Source: Octopus bimaculoides (taxonomy: Eukaryota). From it: 64,000 bases of DNA. The position numbers were made by a program, and so were the translations under genes. This document shows, piece by piece, positions 1-12,865 of this stretch; positions within the stretch are counted from its first letter, which is position 1; every line of letters starts with the position of its first letter. The stretch lies in the NCBI RefSeq assembly GCF_001194135.2, contig NC_068984.1:23149728-23213727 (forward strand). The letters run 5' to 3'. The notes beneath the pieces are model-generated. The model searched no databases, was not told the DNA's origin, and worked only from the letters and a program-made list of their open reading frames with translations.

Positions 1-479
1 TGAGAACGATTAGGCTGCTATTTCTTGCATATCAAGCAAATATATAGAAGTTTCCCCAATATCTTTGTTACTGACATAAGCAGCTACTGTTTGATTGCTC
101 CACTGTTATAGTATCATGACTTCCATTTGAATGTCCTTCAATTAATGCTTTAATCAACATATTGCTTTATGTCTGGAGCACTGTTCGCTTCAGCATCAAG
201 ATGTATCTTTGATTTGATATGCCATGTCATTGAAAAGGAATAAGGATAATAATAATAATAACATCCATACAAAGGTCAAAGAAAAACTTGAGAAGGTTGA
301 AAATGATCATGATACAAAATATTATTTAGTTTCACTATATTTTAATAAACCTCCATCTCCCAATATCTCATTTTCAAAGTCATTGCTGTTTATAACCAGG
401 TTAACTCTCATAGAGCAGACCTATGATTAACAGTCTTTCCATGTTGTATAGTTTGTTTTAGCATTGGTGCCTTGTAAAA

Positions 480-632
480 TGTACCCAGTACACTCTGTAA
501 AGTGGTTGGCATTAAGAAGGGCATCCAGCTGTAGAAACCAAGCCAAAACAGACTATAGAACCTGGTGTGGTTCCTGACCTTGCCATCTCTTGTCAAACCA
601 TCCAGCATGGAAAACAGACATTAAATGAAAAG
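480..632 (+). mobile_element. Decayed copy of the SINE/LINE-tail family ending in (GAT)n (family C)
   Basis: gtggttggcattaagaagggcatccagctgtagaaac...agcatggaaaacagacattaaatga matches copies at 36780-37141 and 38445-38646. Confidence 0.75.
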
Positions 633-1094
633 AAGAGTATGTTCAGGACTACACTGTTTAATGTGTCCAGTAAAATGGTGTTTTGAGGGTAACTTGACTG
701 TTATTTATAGCAAACTGAATGACTGCAGAGTCTTGCCTCATTTCAAATTTTATACTACACTTGAAGCACCATAAAACTGTTGAAGAGTCCAGAATTAATT
801 GGTGGCTTTTTTTATGTTTATAATCCTCTACCACATACTTCAGCGATGGTATTTACACCTCACACTTCTCTCAAAATTTCCTACAGAAAACAGGGAAGAT
901 AGTTATTAACTATATTTCAGCGAGAACCAAGCAATAAAGTAATCACAGTAACAAATATTTCTAAGAAAAGTTATTGTTTTATTGGGGTTATACTAAATAA
1001 AATTAAAATTTGTGCAGTTTGAAAGCACAAATTGTAGCTGGAATATATATGTGTGTGTGTGTGTATATATATATATACAAACATACACCTTTAT

Positions 1095-1352
1095 TTTGCT
1101 GGGCTCAAATCTCATTTATGAACCTATGGAAAACGAACCTCTACCAACTATTCTGCCTATATGTCTGTACACACCTTTCAATGCAATGTATGCCAGAAAG
1201 TTTGCAAGCCTAATGGAGGCATCAAAAGACATTTTAAGATCCACAAAGATCAGAACTTATCTGCAGCTCGTGGTGGTCCATATGGGATATGCAATGTATA
1301 TGAGTGTCTTTTCAAAACATAGTCTGGTTTAAAAAGCCACATCAGATGACAT
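1095..1352 (+). pseudogene. Degenerate C2H2 zinc-finger array remnant (LINE C-terminus or ZNF pseudogene fragment)
   Basis: Single frame FAGLKSHL*TY...FQCNVCQKVCKPNGGIKRHFKIH...ICNVYECLFKT*SGLKSHIR*H with in-frame stops. Confidence 0.7.
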
Positions 1353-2599
1353 GATAGTACTAAGGTGTAGGTACAGGAGGTGGTCAAATTCTGCATAATA
1401 TATATATATATGTGTGTAGTCCTCAAAATCATTATCTTTCTGTCCTTTGTAAGTTTGTTCTTCAATCTAGGTTTTGTATATAAGGAGCTGTTGTCCTAAT
1501 AGTTTAGTTTGTGATGTAGCTCTGGGCCAAACAAAATGTATTTTAAAACAAATACAGAATATGGAAAGCTTCATACAGTGCAGAGAGAGAGAGAATTAAT
1601 AATTTGCTAATTCCATATAGTTTGGGTGAACCACCCTTCTGCAGAGAAAAAAGTAGTTAACAAATTATCAGAAATCAGAGATCACTATTTGTATATGGCA
1701 ATCTCTGATTTGATAATGCTGTAACTGCTTAATGCCTGAAATATAAGGAAATATTTCTTTATTTTCTTATATGAAAATACTTCAAACCAACTACAACACT
1801 TTTCTTTCAAAATGTATATTGTCTGGCATATTGCTTTTCAATAAAACAATTTTTTTGTCTCAGTTAACTTTGAAAATAACCAAAGAGTTGAAGGAATTTT
1901 AATAGCAGAGTTTTTGTTTTCTTAAGATGGTTTTTGTTATATAACCTAACGAATATGTTCTGTTGTAAAATAATCAAGGTTTTTAAATGATAGGCTTTGT
2001 ATATAATACAAAGCAGAGGAGAGTTCAGGTGAACTGAGTAAAGTATTATCAAGCTGAATTTTCTGAGTCAACAATAAACATAAGGTTATCTTATACCAAA
2101 TGGACTGTTATACTAGATCTAAAGAATTTATGTTACTGTATATTTCAAAACTGTCTGCAAAATATATTTATTACATGAACACTTCAAGTCATTTTATTGT
2201 CTAAAAACTCCTTAAGTAACTGTCTTCAGTTATTTCATAAAAATCTTGTTGTAGTATGTTATACTCTTCTAAAATGAAATTCAAACAGGAGAATATTTGT
2301 TTAAAATACTTTTCATTTGTAGAACAAAAACAAAGAAATGTGTATGAAAAAATATGGTCCTTTCAAGCTATGTAATGTTTCTACTTGAAGCCACTCTTTC
2401 ATATATAGAGCTAACACAGATCCAAGATTTAAAAACTCAATAGTTAAACACCTTACCAGAAAGTCAGACTTCACAAAACAAATTCATAATGAACATAACA
2501 ATGTTTAGTATAATGACTATAAAATAACAAGAATTTCTTTATGGTGTACTCAAGGTAGATTGTAAGTGTTTAAGAGATGCAGTGGAATCAGAAAGCAGG

Positions 2600-3135
2600 T
2601 TGAAGGTAAAAAAAAACCTTTGTATGTTGTAGAAGCAGAGGAATATTTAGCAGTAAATATATTAAGAGTACAAGAACACCATAGGAAAAAATTCTCTCCA
2701 ATGTTTGGAAGTAGTTGAAAGATTCTGTTGTCAATAGAGATGATTGCTCTGAAAGCATAAGAGTAGAAAATGTTTGAAAAGCTATTTGCTCTGCTGGAAA
2801 TAAAAGTATTCTCTGTTTGAACAAAGGGTAGATTGTATAATGCTTATGTAAGAACTGCAGTTGATTGAATTGCAAAGGTTATAAAGAACTGAAGCAAGCC
2901 TATTCCACTAGTGTGCAACATCTATGTTAGATTGCACTGGTATGGATATGTAATGCATATATACAGCAGTTGGGTAAAGAAATGCTAGGAAAGCCAAATT
3001 TAAGGAAGATATGATTGAGGAAGTCTGATGAAAGATCAATGTAGAAGTGGTAAAAGTTTACTTCAAGATGTCAGAAAAGAGATGACAAAAGAATGCAAAG
3101 TGTAGTGAGACTCATCCACTGGCAATGAAAATTAT
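2600..3135 (+). mobile_element. Decayed 3' part of an RTE-like LINE
   Basis: Frame-shifted remnants LEVVERF, KG.LYNAYVRT, RLHWYGYVM..VKKC of the post-RT region. Confidence 0.6.
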
Positions 3136-3374
3136 GATAATCCAACACATATATGTATGTATGTACTATTTTATTTTGGTCAAGTCAGTCTTTTCTTATT
3201 CTGAGTTTCACTGGTAGATGTACAGGATCATCAGACAAGTTGTCACAACAAATTATCTGAAGATCCTGTGCATCTACAAGTGAAACTCAGAGTAGCAAGA
3301 GGCAGACTCAACCAAAAGAAAATATTATTCATCTCTACTATGGTACTGAGTACCCCTTTTTGGGACAGTCCACA

Positions 3375-3428
<54 letters not shown>

Positions 3429-3954
3429 ACTTGAGGCATTTGTTTGAAAGTTGCTGTCCAAAAATTGAGAAACCAGTAACAACCATATGGAATGCGATAA
3501 TGAATTAATTGATATTCTGGTTATGTAATATTTGCGAAATCTAAAACAAATCGACTTTATCTCATTTTTGTTTTTATTTTTTTTTTTTGTTTTTAATAGG
3601 ATTAAAAAAAATTGAAAATTTGCTGAAAAAGAAACAATGTTAAATGGAATATAAAATGAAAAAAGAACAGATGACAGCTGTGTTTAATCAATGGACAGTG
3701 ATGTTTTATGGCCGAGACTTAACATAAATACAAGGACATCTGGTACAAATGGCAATGAATTTATGATGCATAGGCAAAGGTGGAATAAGAGGGTTAGAAA
3801 AAACCCCCCCAAAAACTGTATAAATTAAAATGGTAAGAGGAAGAGCCAATAAAATGAGAATGAGAGTGTAAATGTGACAGATCTGTTGAAATTTGAAAGA
3901 GAAAATGTGAGAAGCAGAAGTTGACATATGTGGTTAAATAATAATAATAATAAT

Positions 3955-4580
3955 AGGCCTTTCAACTATAACCATAAGGCCTGAAAATTTGGAGGAGTGG
4001 GCGCTAGTTGATTACATTGGCCCTAGTGCTCAACTGGTACTTATTTTACCAACGCCAAAAGGATGAAAGGCAAAGTTGACCGTGACAGAATTTGAACTCA
4101 GAATGTAAACAAACCAGAAGAAATGTTGCTAAGCATTTTGTCTGATGTGCTAACAATTCTGCCAGCTTGCTACCTTAATAATAATTATAATAATAATAAT
4201 AATTTTTTTATCAATCCTGAATGGATGAAAATCAAACTTGATCTTGATGGAATTTCAACTCAGAAGTTCAAATCGGAAGAAATACTACTAAGCATTTTGG
4301 CCAGCATGCTGACAACTGTCCCAGATTGCTGTGGCAATAGTAATAATAATAATAATAATAATCCTTTCTATTATAGGCACAGGGCCTGAAATTTGCAGGG
4401 GAGGGGGGAGTCGATTACATCGACCCAGTGCATAACTGGTACTTATTTAATAAACCCTGAAAGGATGAAAGGCAAAGTCGACCTCAGCAGAATTTGCACT
4501 CAGAATGTAGTGACAGATGAACTACCGCTAAGCATTTCACCCAGTGTGCTAACAATTTTGCCAGTTCACTGCCTTAATAA
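3955..4580 (-). mobile_element. Three tandem copies of tRNA-derived SINE family A separated by (AAT)n
   Basis: Repeated aaggatgaaaggcaaagtcgac...gaatttgaactcagaa...gtgctaacaattctgccagct core; reverse-strand B-box GTTCAAATT. Confidence 0.85.
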
Positions 4581-5996
4581 TAATAATAATAACAACAACA
4601 ATAATAATGCTAGTCAGTGCAATGAAGTGCTGAGTTTTGTAACCACACAAAAACATCATTCAATTTAAAATGGAGGACTGTATGGTTAAATTTTAATTTT
4701 CTGAATAGAAACACATACAAATGTGTTTCCCCACCTGTTAGCTCAGTAATATTCCTTTTTATTATTTTTGTATTTCATGCTATTTACCAACCTTTTCAGA
4801 TACCACACACACAGAAGCACTGATAGCCATGAACAAAATAAAAGATTGGTGGTTCACAATTTAGGTCAGAAGTCAAAGGGATTAATAGTCACTGAAAAAA
4901 ATGTGATGCTTATTATAAAAAAAAAAATTTTTTATCACAATGTAGCAAGTATATCATAGTAGCTCTACTTTCAGGAGATAGATATAATTAAAACCATTCT
5001 TCCATAAATGTATTAATTTTGACTTACAAGACTAAGATAAATAAAAAAAGATATACTGAAAATTAGGGAGTAAAATAATTTAGACTACTAATGGGGTAGA
5101 ATTCATTATTTTATATTAGAAGTTTGATGGATAGTAGAATTGATAAAATGCCAGGGAAAATAACTTCTGGCAATTTAGGAATGTTTCTGTGTCCTGTGTT
5201 CAAATCCTGCAAGAGTTGATTTTGCCATTCTGGAATCAATCAAGTACTTGAGTCAATATAATTGATTGTGTTGTTTCCTATAATTGAACACTTGTGCCAA
5301 TCTTAGACATCATTTTTATATTAAAATTTGAAAAAGAAAGAAAAAAGAAAAGAAAAAGAAAGAAAAAAAAACTAAATATAAAATGTCATTTCACACTATA
5401 GTAAAATATTTCTCAGATGTTTTTAAGGGGAGAAATGTAGGAGAATGAAACAAAAAAAATAAATAAATAAATTTTTTTTTAAATCAAATAATTTTAATAT
5501 ATAACATTGTTTCAAGTTAAAACATTAACCAAAGATGTAAAAGAATTGACAAAATGAAAATGTATAGTTTTTCTTTATACCTATGAAAAAAATTGAATGT
5601 TTGAAAACAAAACAAAAATGAACAGAAAAATGTTAAAAAATTTTTAAATAGGACTAAATTTTACAGTTTGTATAACAAGATTTATAGTAAAATACCTAAA
5701 TATATGTTCCATATTAAAAATAATTATTATAGTCTTATCACTTATTTTTATTATTTTATTTTATTTACGCCTAAATTGATCTTAATCTTCACAATAAAGA
5801 TACTTGTTTATATAAAAAAAATATACATACATAAATTAAAATTAGCCTTATTGTTAATGGTACTAATTAAGTATAGATATTTAGTTTTAATTCAGTATCT
5901 AAAGAAAGCATATTTTGAGGAACATAAATTGCTTCTATAAATAAATTAGGATTTTAGTCTCAAACATTCTTTACAATAGAGTTAACTATATATATA

Positions 5997-6549
5997 ATGA
6001 GATGGAAGATAAAAGAATTTTTATTGATCACTACAATCGTTTCGATCCATCTACCATTGATCCTTCATGGGTGGGATGCTGCTTATCCCTCAGTATAGAT
6101 GTGTCTCCTCACGTGATTTCAAAAGCTATCCCATTAAAATAGACTCTGTTTCACATGACATGCATATTTTCTTCTTGGTCTTCAAAGAAATGGTAAATTA
6201 ATGGATACTGCTTCATTGTTATAGAAGATCAATCACAAAAACCAGATACAAAAAGAAACAAATATACAATAGAGCAAAAAATTAAAAAATGATTTTCTAT
6301 AAGAATGAAGAGGTACCCACCAATTTGCCATTTCTATCACGAAGACCAAAAGGAAAACATGCAGTAATAAGTTGTGTGAAACAGAGTTTATTTTAATGAT
6401 ACCTCTTGAAATCACCTGAGGAGACACATCTACACTGAGGGATATACCTAAACCAGTTATGCAGCATCCCATCGACAGGGGTTTGATGCTAGATGGGTCA
6501 AAATGATTGTAGTGATCAATAAAGACTCTCCATCTTCCGTTTCTCTCAT
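5997..6549. repeat. Diverged inverted repeat, arms about 5997-6231 and 6290-6549
   Basis: tttattgatcactacaatcgtttcgatccatct on + recurs on - as tttattgatcactacaatcattttgacccatct; 14 mismatches over a 66-nt block counted by hand. Confidence 0.85.
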
Positions 6550-6628
6550 TAATTACATACCCAATGAACACTGAGTCAGTAAACGTGCTTTACCAGCAAA
6601 CTACCAGGTGTATAACATAAGATTAACT

Positions 6629-6690
<62 letters not shown>

Positions 6691-8160
6691 TATATATATA
6701 TATATTTGTGTGTGTGTGTGTATGTATATATATATTAATGTTTTAAATAGGCACAAAATTTAAATTTTTATTGGAGTAGGTGGTTGAATGAAGATGTGAA
6801 GTTTATGCCTTCCTAGAGGTCATTGATTATGTAAATGAAATGAAAGACCTGGAGATGGGAATTAAAAGCAGTTTGGTTGAAGAGCCAGCTAATCAACATT
6901 TCATTTCTTATATTACACTGCTTACTACTTCTTGTGAATATTAATTTATGATGTTCATATTTTCTTAGTTATCAGTAATGATATAAATGAAGTGAATGAA
7001 CTAACGACTGAAATTAAAGAATATGCAACCCAAGCATTTCTCTTAGCTTACTCTTTCTCTATGCAAATTTTTTTTAATATATATATTATTATACTAAAAT
7101 AGCTTGTAAATTAAGGAACAAAATTTTTGAAAATTACTAAATATTCATCTAAATTATCAATATTACTAGAATTTTTTTTCTACTCATAATCACTAATAAA
7201 CTAATATAAAGGTAAACTTGAAAAGATAAATAGAAGAATAACTTCATTTCTTTTGAAGTAAGTTTTTCTCAGCAGCTTTTATCATTCAGCAATGTCAATG
7301 AGATAGTGTCGTTGTAAAATGGTTTTGGAAATAATTGTGCCAGCATATATAATTCACTATATGCAGCCACCAGCTAACATAAATATAGAATGATGAATTA
7401 GTGCAAATCTGTTCAAATATATACATGTGATTACTGCTTTACTTTATACACACAAACATGTATATACATATATGTATGTAGACATATATAGTACACATAC
7501 ACATTGATATATGTCTGCATATATATACATATATGCATCTACACACATATATGTATGCACATGTGCATGAATATGGATGTTTATGATATATATAAATATA
7601 TACATTATATATCTTACATACATGATCATTAATTATTCTGTTGTGTACTAGTTAGGAACAGATGCATTTATGCACAAGCCTTAATAATAATTAAAGCACA
7701 TAAATACACATCTTAATTTTACTATGGATAGCTTTATATAATGGTATAAACTTCTATATGTTTCAGTAAAACATTCACTTGAATAGATCCCCTATATTAG
7801 CTTGGTCTTATTATGTTACTTAGATGAAGAATATTTACAAACTGCAGTGCCAGCACCCTCAATATAACATTTATGCAAGTTCACACACACATACACACAC
7901 CCACACCACACACAGAGAAACTCATAAGTACATATGTGTGTATGTACGTATATATACAATCACACACAATTATATATGTACAGTTGTAGACATGTGACTG
8001 TATATATATAATCCCTTTCACACCTACATGTAAATTGTAGGAAATGATAACAGATCTGCTCTCACATGAGAGAGGGGTGAAAAAAAAAAAAAGGTGATTC
8101 AAAATTTAAAATTTCCTAAATGAATAATTATTTTATAATGAACTGTTAATTCCTAAATTA

Positions 8161-9116
8161 TCAACATTTTGTTGTTTCATGTGTTATTATTAATTGTGCT
8201 GTAGAATTGAAACTAGTAGGACTTTCAGCTCGAGGACTTACATCACAAGAATTATCAATTGCACTCAGGCTGGATCCTTCGTTTGCTCTTGGCTGATCCA
8301 GTTTTTTTTGACACATTTTACAGAATCCTGTGAACTTTGACAGGAACTTGTCCATTGGTTCTAGTGAATGTAAACAGAGAGGAAGCCAATCCCAGTTCCT
8401 CAGTACTTTTGGCAGGAGGCTTTTCTTTTTACTTTGCAGAATATTAACAATGATAATGAAGGCAAGGAGTGGAATAATGATGACACTAGCTGTGATCAGT
8501 GCATATTTGCCAGCCAGTGACAAGGCAAAGACAAATGCTGGAAGCAGGAAAAATGCAGTCAGTAAATACATAAAAGCAAACCAACGGTATTTGGCCGTGG
8601 TGTTGCCCAACATTTTCGCCAGGTTTATAGGAAGCTTACGCATTATTGGTACTGGATAAAATATTAAAATGCCGGTTAGATTAAATAAAAGATGGCAGAG
8701 TCCAATTTGCAGAGCAGCTCTCAGCTTGTCTCCCGAAGTTGCCATGGCAGCTAATAAACCAGTTGCAGTCGTTCCAATGTTGGAACCTAAAGTCAGCGGG
8801 TACATTCGCTCAATGTGAATGACACCCATACCAACTAAAGGTGTGAGAGTTGATGTGAATATAGAACTGCTCTGAAGAATTATTGTTAATATAGCACCAA
8901 TAATGATGGCTACATATCCAGTTAGAAATGAAAATGGTTTTGGAATGTCAGAGTTTATTGTTTTCTTCAAGGCTGAAGCTACAGGTCCACGGAGCATCGA
9001 ATGAAGCAAGCGTACCATTCCCATTAGACAGAAGACCAAAGATAACAATGAGATGACCAGCAAAACAACACCGGATACCGAATCATTCCAATTGATATAA
9101 CTCATCAGACAATAAC
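8161..9116 (-). CDS. SLC34A: SLC34 terminal coding exon (CYCLMSYINWNDS...QSSSIFTS...GSNIGTT...KYRWFA...HETTKC*)
   Basis: Acceptor atttcag|GT at 9117/9116, TGA at 8163-8161; corresponds to the 314-aa ORF in the track; second QSSS repeat. Confidence 0.97.
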
Positions 9117-9354
9117 CTGAAATATATTAAAAAAAGAAGTTAATATCATGTTTATATGAAAAAAAATTTCTTTTTACACAAAAAATCTATTATTGATAGC
9201 AAAATATCACAAGAAAATATAACATGCATATGTTAACACACATGTATGTGCACATGTAGCCATCCAACTACATTTTTTTACCATTTCTCTAGATTTAGGA
9301 CCCATTTTCCACGGCATATTAGTAACCAAAATTACATTCCCCACTAAACAGAAT

Positions 9355-9585
9355 ACCAGCCGGTAACAGGGTACAAAGCCAAAATTTTGAAGGGGTGAAA
9401 TGGAGGAGCAAGTTGATTGCATCTTCCTCAGTACTTGACTGGTACTTTATTTTATTAACAGACAAAGGTATGAAAAGGCAAAGTTAATTTTGGTGGGATT
9501 TGAATTCAGAATGTAAAGAGCCAGAAGAAATGCTGCCAAGCATTTTGTCCAACATGCTATTGATTCCGCCAGCTCAACACCTTAT
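9355..9585 (-). mobile_element. SINE family A copy
   Basis: Same core as other family A copies. Confidence 0.8.
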
Positions 9586-9599
9586 CCATCTACATACAT

Positions 9600-9885
9600 A
9601 CATCATCATCGTCGTTTAATGTCTGCTTTCCATGCTAGCATGAGTTGGATGGTTTGACTGGGAACTGGTGAAACCAGATGGCTGCACCAGGCTCCAATCT
9701 GATCTGGCAGAGTTTCTACAGCTAGATGCCCTTCCTAACACCAACCACTCCGAGAGTGTAGAGGGTGTTTTTACGTGCCACCGGCACAAGGGCCAGTCAG
9801 GCGGTACTGGCAACGGTCACACTCAAATGGTGTTTTTTATGTGCCACCTGCACAGGAGCCAGTCCAGTGGCACTGGCAACAACCT
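9600..9885 (-). mobile_element. SINE family C copy (catcatcatcgtttaa tail, internal about 62-bp modules)
   Basis: Near-identical to 17995-18295 and to the reverse complement of 36780-37141. Confidence 0.88.
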
Positions 9886-10941
9886 ATATATAGATATAAA
9901 TGCATACCTTTAGACATATGTACTTGCTTTTATGTATTTACTTTTCTACACTTTTTCATATGTTGAAACTTATAAACAAGCAACATTCTGAGACTTATAC
10001 ATATTTTGATGTATTTACAAAATGTTTAGTCAGCTGGAATAAACCTTTTGATTTAGTCTTTGTGTGAGAATTTTATGGAAGACAAATCTATGGTAGATGT
10101 CAGTGATAGGTAGTACACCCAAGTTGGAATTTCTCCATTTTGATGGGGTTTTTCTGAGTTTTGTTTTTCACAATGCTCTTGGAAATGATGGAGAGCATCT
10201 TTCTAACATTAAAAAAAAGTATTTTTTGGAAAATGATGTATGTTTTCTAAGGGCACCATGAAAAAAAAATCTAAAAAATCCTCATTAAAATGGAGAAATT
10301 CCAACTTCTATGTGCTACCTATCGCTGACATCTACCAAATCTACAAACAAGAATTGACATAATTGTATATGCAAGTGAAGCTACAGAGGAGGTCAAGTTC
10401 CACTGGACTGCAGTTTGTGATCAGATACATACTGCAAAAACTCACATATTTAAATTTTTATTAAAACCGAACAGAAGAATATATAGATGAAATAAATGTA
10501 CATAAATGGGTTAAGATATATAAAATGTTTGTTAAAATACAAGATTTGAAATATTTATAGGTTTTTATAGTTTTATACTTGCAGGAGTTTCAAAAAAATC
10601 TAATTAGGATTGGGAGTTTTGGGAGGAAAAGTGCTAAGATTTCTGTAATTCGTAAATTGAGTGGTTTATGGTTATTAGAATATGATTAGGTTCTTGGTAT
10701 TATATCCCAATCAACTTTTAATTTATGTTCGTGTTTAATTTATGTTCAATGTTCAAATAAAATTTGACAACGATTGATTGCGTGTTTAAGTCAGAAAGTA
10801 TGGGCAAGTTGGTTATAAAGATTTTTAAATTGATTGGAAGTGAGCTCTAAATATACTTTAATATACAGCATTAAAACCAAGCACTGCAAATAATATCCAT
10901 CCCAGCTATACAAGTATGGGGAAATGATTTAAAAAAAAAAA

Positions 10942-11365
10942 GTTAAAGAAAAAAATGTGTTTGTATGTGTTTATATATATTGTCTAATATTTTGCTTAGC
11001 TGTCATAAATACCGGCATTGTTATGGAAACAAACTCATAAACTTTCTTACCAAAATAAATATTAACCTGAGTTTTAATGATCTGGGACAGAAGAAATATA
11101 ACATTTGTCACTTAGGACTTGTTTTCTGTAAAATGGTCACACGATTTAAAAAATAACAGTTAAAGAATGAAATATGAATGTGTCTGTATGTGTTTATATA
11201 TATTGTCTAATATTTTGCTTAGCTGTCATAAATACCGGCATTGTTATGAAAACAAACTCATAAACTTCCTTACCAAAATAAATATTAACCTGAGGTTTAA
11301 TGATCTGGGACAGAAAAAATATAACATTTGTCACTTAGGACTCGTTTTCTGTAAAATGGTCACAC
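10942..11365. repeat. Direct tandem duplication of about 200 bp of intron (10942-11142 and 11160-11365)
   Basis: gtatgtgtttatatatattgtctaatattttgcttagc...ctgtaaaatggtcacac occurs twice with only a few substitutions. Confidence 0.95.
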
Positions 11366-11458
11366 TAAGAATAAAGCAAGAAGTTTATTCCAACTAAATA
11401 AACATTTTTTAAATACATTAAAATGAATAATATGATTTCACTGTATGACATAACTTAC

Positions 11459-11606
11459 ATTTCTCTATGGGTGATGTTACATATATTTTCTCTAATTGTG
11501 TTACATTCTGTAGATTGGTTATTAAATTAGGACTTTCACTGGAAGACACATTAACTTCACGTGTAACATTTTGTTGAACATAAGTTTTGGTATATTTGCA
11601 CCAAAC
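11459..11606 (-). CDS. SLC34A: SLC34 coding exon 7 (VWCKYTKTYVQQNVTREVNVSS...NVTQLEKIYVTSPIEK), large extracellular loop
   Basis: Acceptor catttcag|GTT, donor T|GTAAGT, 148 nt; WC cysteine and three N-x-S/T sequons; its phase-1 T joins GT of the last exon to give the second loop Cys. Confidence 0.92.
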
Positions 11607-12734
11607 CTGAAATGAGACAAATATTTATACATCAACTTTTAGTTATGCAAAATAAAAACGCAAACTATGGAGTCTCAACACAGTTGCATGACCTACAAAA
11701 TATAACAGCTAAATCTCCCTAAAATCACACCATGCTTTCTTAAATAAGTAACACGTACATTAGATATTGTAGTCCTGTCTATTTCTAAAGAGACTAGGCC
11801 TTTGATCAGAAGTCAACTCGAGCATTTAAGGATACAAGGTCCAAATTTAGCTACAATCACTGCATTCCTATGCATTAATGTTTCTGAATTTATGTATTTT
11901 ATGCTGAATGAAAATTTAAAGCTATTAGACTGCTTATTTGGTTTTTATACCATATACAACTTAAAAACTGCTCAACATAGTCCAGAACTTTTATAATTTC
12001 CTAAAAGATATAAGTTCATGCCAGCCATTTATAAAATATCCTAAATTGTTTTACGAGACAAAATGCATAACATAACTTATAATCTGATTGGATATTTTAG
12101 CTGAAACAAAACACAAAAAGTATGAATTAAAAATCCTAAAGCTGGGGGACCACCTTAAAGAATTAGAGTCAAAATAATTGGACCCAGTGCTTATTTTTTT
12201 TTAAGCTTGGTACTTATTCTACCAGTTTGTTTTGCCAAACTGCTAAGTTACAAGAATGCATAAACCCCAGCTGTCGACTATTTTGTTTGGATTTCAGAGT
12301 TGTTTCCCCTTGTCCAGATTTCTTTCCCTACTTGAACATTTTGATTTGAAAATATATTATTTTGGCTCACTACATGAAGTTAACCCCCATTTATCACAAA
12401 TAGTTTTGTTTTTATTGTAAATCATCAGAAGTAACTGCCAAGAACAACAGAGCAACACAATGCCTTCAGTGTATAAGACTGATAAACATGACTGAAGCAG
12501 ATCATTAATTCTTCAAGTGGATCAGAAATTAAGTTCAGGTTATTTCTATTAGCACTTTGTTGTGCCTTAATTATCAATTAGCCATCATTTTCTTTGGTAC
12601 TGTGCCAAAACAACCGGAAAATTGCTTAGTAGTTTGAAGATTTATATAATGCTGAAGTCAAACCTTATCTCAAAAGAACCAGCACTGAAATTTTCACTTT
12701 AATTAGCATTAAGATGGGAAGATAGTGAAAACAT

Positions 12735-12865
12735 GGTCTAGTGGTTAGGGTGTTGTGCTCACAATTGCAAAATTGTGGTTTCAATTCTCAGACTGGGTGG
12801 TGTGTTGTGTTCTTGAGTAAAATACTTCATTTCATGTTGCTCCAGTCCAGTTAGCTGTAAAAAGG
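12735..12865 (+). mobile_element. Decayed tRNA-derived SINE family D head
   Basis: tggtctagtggttaggg...tgtgttcttgagtaaaatacttcatttcatgttgctccagtccagttagctg, similar to 17571-17901. Confidence 0.7.

Noticed and set aside
6233-6571. 112-aa ORF with a faint resemblance to NDUFA12 (RW..F....FDPS.I.P)
   Set aside because: The similarity is only a few residues; the inverted partner copy has stops and frameshifts in this frame; no splice structure
8330-8659. 109-aa plus-strand ORF
   Set aside because: Antisense shadow of the SLC34 terminal exon
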